Of a stretch of DNA of 58,698 bases, positions 57,970 to 58,698 are shown piece after piece. Each line of letters starts with the position of its first letter. Position 1 is the first letter of the stretch. The DNA comes from Patescibacteria group bacterium. GTDB taxonomy: Bacteria > Patescibacteriota > Doudnabacteria > UBA920. The DNA lies in the NCBI GenBank assembly GCA_023484515.1, contig JAMDAY010000004.1:1-58698 (forward strand), in the 5' to 3' direction. The notes under the pieces are model-generated. The model had not been told where the DNA came from. It was given only the letters and a program-made list of their open reading frames with translations, and searched no databases. The translations under genes and the position numbers were made by a program.

Positions 57970-58698
57970 CATATACGTTAACTTTATGTCTCCATAAAGA
58001 TCAGACTATATCATTCCCAACGTTTGTTGGGATTCGGCGTTTAGTCGTTGAGGGGTTTCATTTGTTGATCCTTGAAAATCAACTAAATTATATTTTCTCT
58101 TTCGCCCTTTTCCTTCATTTAAGGTTTCCCTTAATTGAATTATTTTGAGCAAACCTTCTTTCGTCAAATGTTGTTTGCTGAACATAAGTTCAGCAATTTG
58201 AACGAAAATCGAGAAATTCTTTTTTTTGTTGGAAGATAAAAAAGAAAACTTCTTAAAGAACGGGATTATCCGTTCCTGTATTGCCGACGGATTTTGAACT
58301 ATATAACAGTTCACTCCGTCTTTTCGCTTTAGAAATCTTCCGCAGCCCAAATAGCGCTTCATTTCTGCGAGCACTACGGGGTCGCGTTGTGATACGTTAA
58401 AGGTTAATATTATTTGCCATTTCATAGAATGGTCAGGCCGCTTACGCATTGAAACGTTAAAGCTTCCTTCGCCATCGGTGAAACCTGCGAAATAATAACC
58501 TTTTTCTAAAGGAATTTGTTTAAGCCAATTTTGATCCATATCTTATTCTCCTTATGGATCATGAAATGAAACTTCCCTGCGGATTGGCTGTATCTTGTAA
58601 ATTTTTACTGCCTAGATTTAGGCGAGTATTACAAGTTTTAAGCACGTCAATGTCTTTTGCGTGCACAGCTGTTCCCGCAAATAGCCAAAGATCGGAAG
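57970..58698 (-). mobile_element. Group I intron at 23S position L1917 (5' part outside the window)
   Basis: Intron ends in G (gtatatG|aactgtcc), in place of the ...AACUAU^AAC H69 context; R (ucaacgacua), S (augauauagucu) and Q-like (aauccgcaggg) elements. Confidence 0.92.
58006..58539 (-). CDS. Single-motif LAGLIDADG homing endonuclease (intron-encoded)
   Basis: YFAGFTDGEGSF; AAGGAG RBS; 177 aa. Confidence 0.95.
   Translation of the reverse strand: MDQNWLKQIPLEKGYYFAGFTDGEGSFNVSMRKRPDHSMKWQIILTFNVSQRDPVVLAEMKRYLGCGRFLKRKDGVNCYIVQNPSAIQERIIPFFKKFSFLSSNKKKNFSIFVQIAELMFSKQHLTKEGLLKIIQLRETLNEGKGRKRKYNLVDFQGSTNETPQRLNAESQQTLGMI

Overview
Bacterial chromosomal window, most likely a Patescibacteria (CPR) genome. 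This is inferred from gene content: TrmB-like regulator, DUF3160, intron-bearing 23S, many small secreted proteins, and a Doudnabacteria-like C-terminal module on a surface peptidase. The left third is accessory: a truncated REP-associated tyrosine transposase, DEAD-box helicase, surface proteins, TspO, two ECF sigma modules, and an ApbE / FMN-binding / RnfD-FNR flavinylation locus. The middle has aguB-aguA-DHS-like polyamine genes, rpoD-dnaG, tRNA-Ser plus Mrr, type II glutamine synthetase, ppsA and pyk. The right third has a hexosamine/acetyl-CoA cluster (glmS, acs, tdh, kbl, yvcK/glmR, GNAT, several GlmU N-domain proteins) and the 3' part of an rRNA operon (5S; 23S with a hairpin insertion and an L1917 group I intron carrying a LAGLIDADG endonuclease). 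The most striking signal is non-coding. Several families of palindromic elements are dispersed through the window. GTAG- and GTC-type REP-like units sit in frame inside five genes (kbl, tdh twice, acs, the PHP-domain gene, a methyltransferase). A five-copy structured element shows fully compensated stems. An 84-bp palindromic MITE supplies stop codons to two genes. A TGTTAC-N16-CGTA motif marks a probable ECF regulon. No CRISPR array was seen. All calls come from reading the sequence; no searches or folding programs were run.
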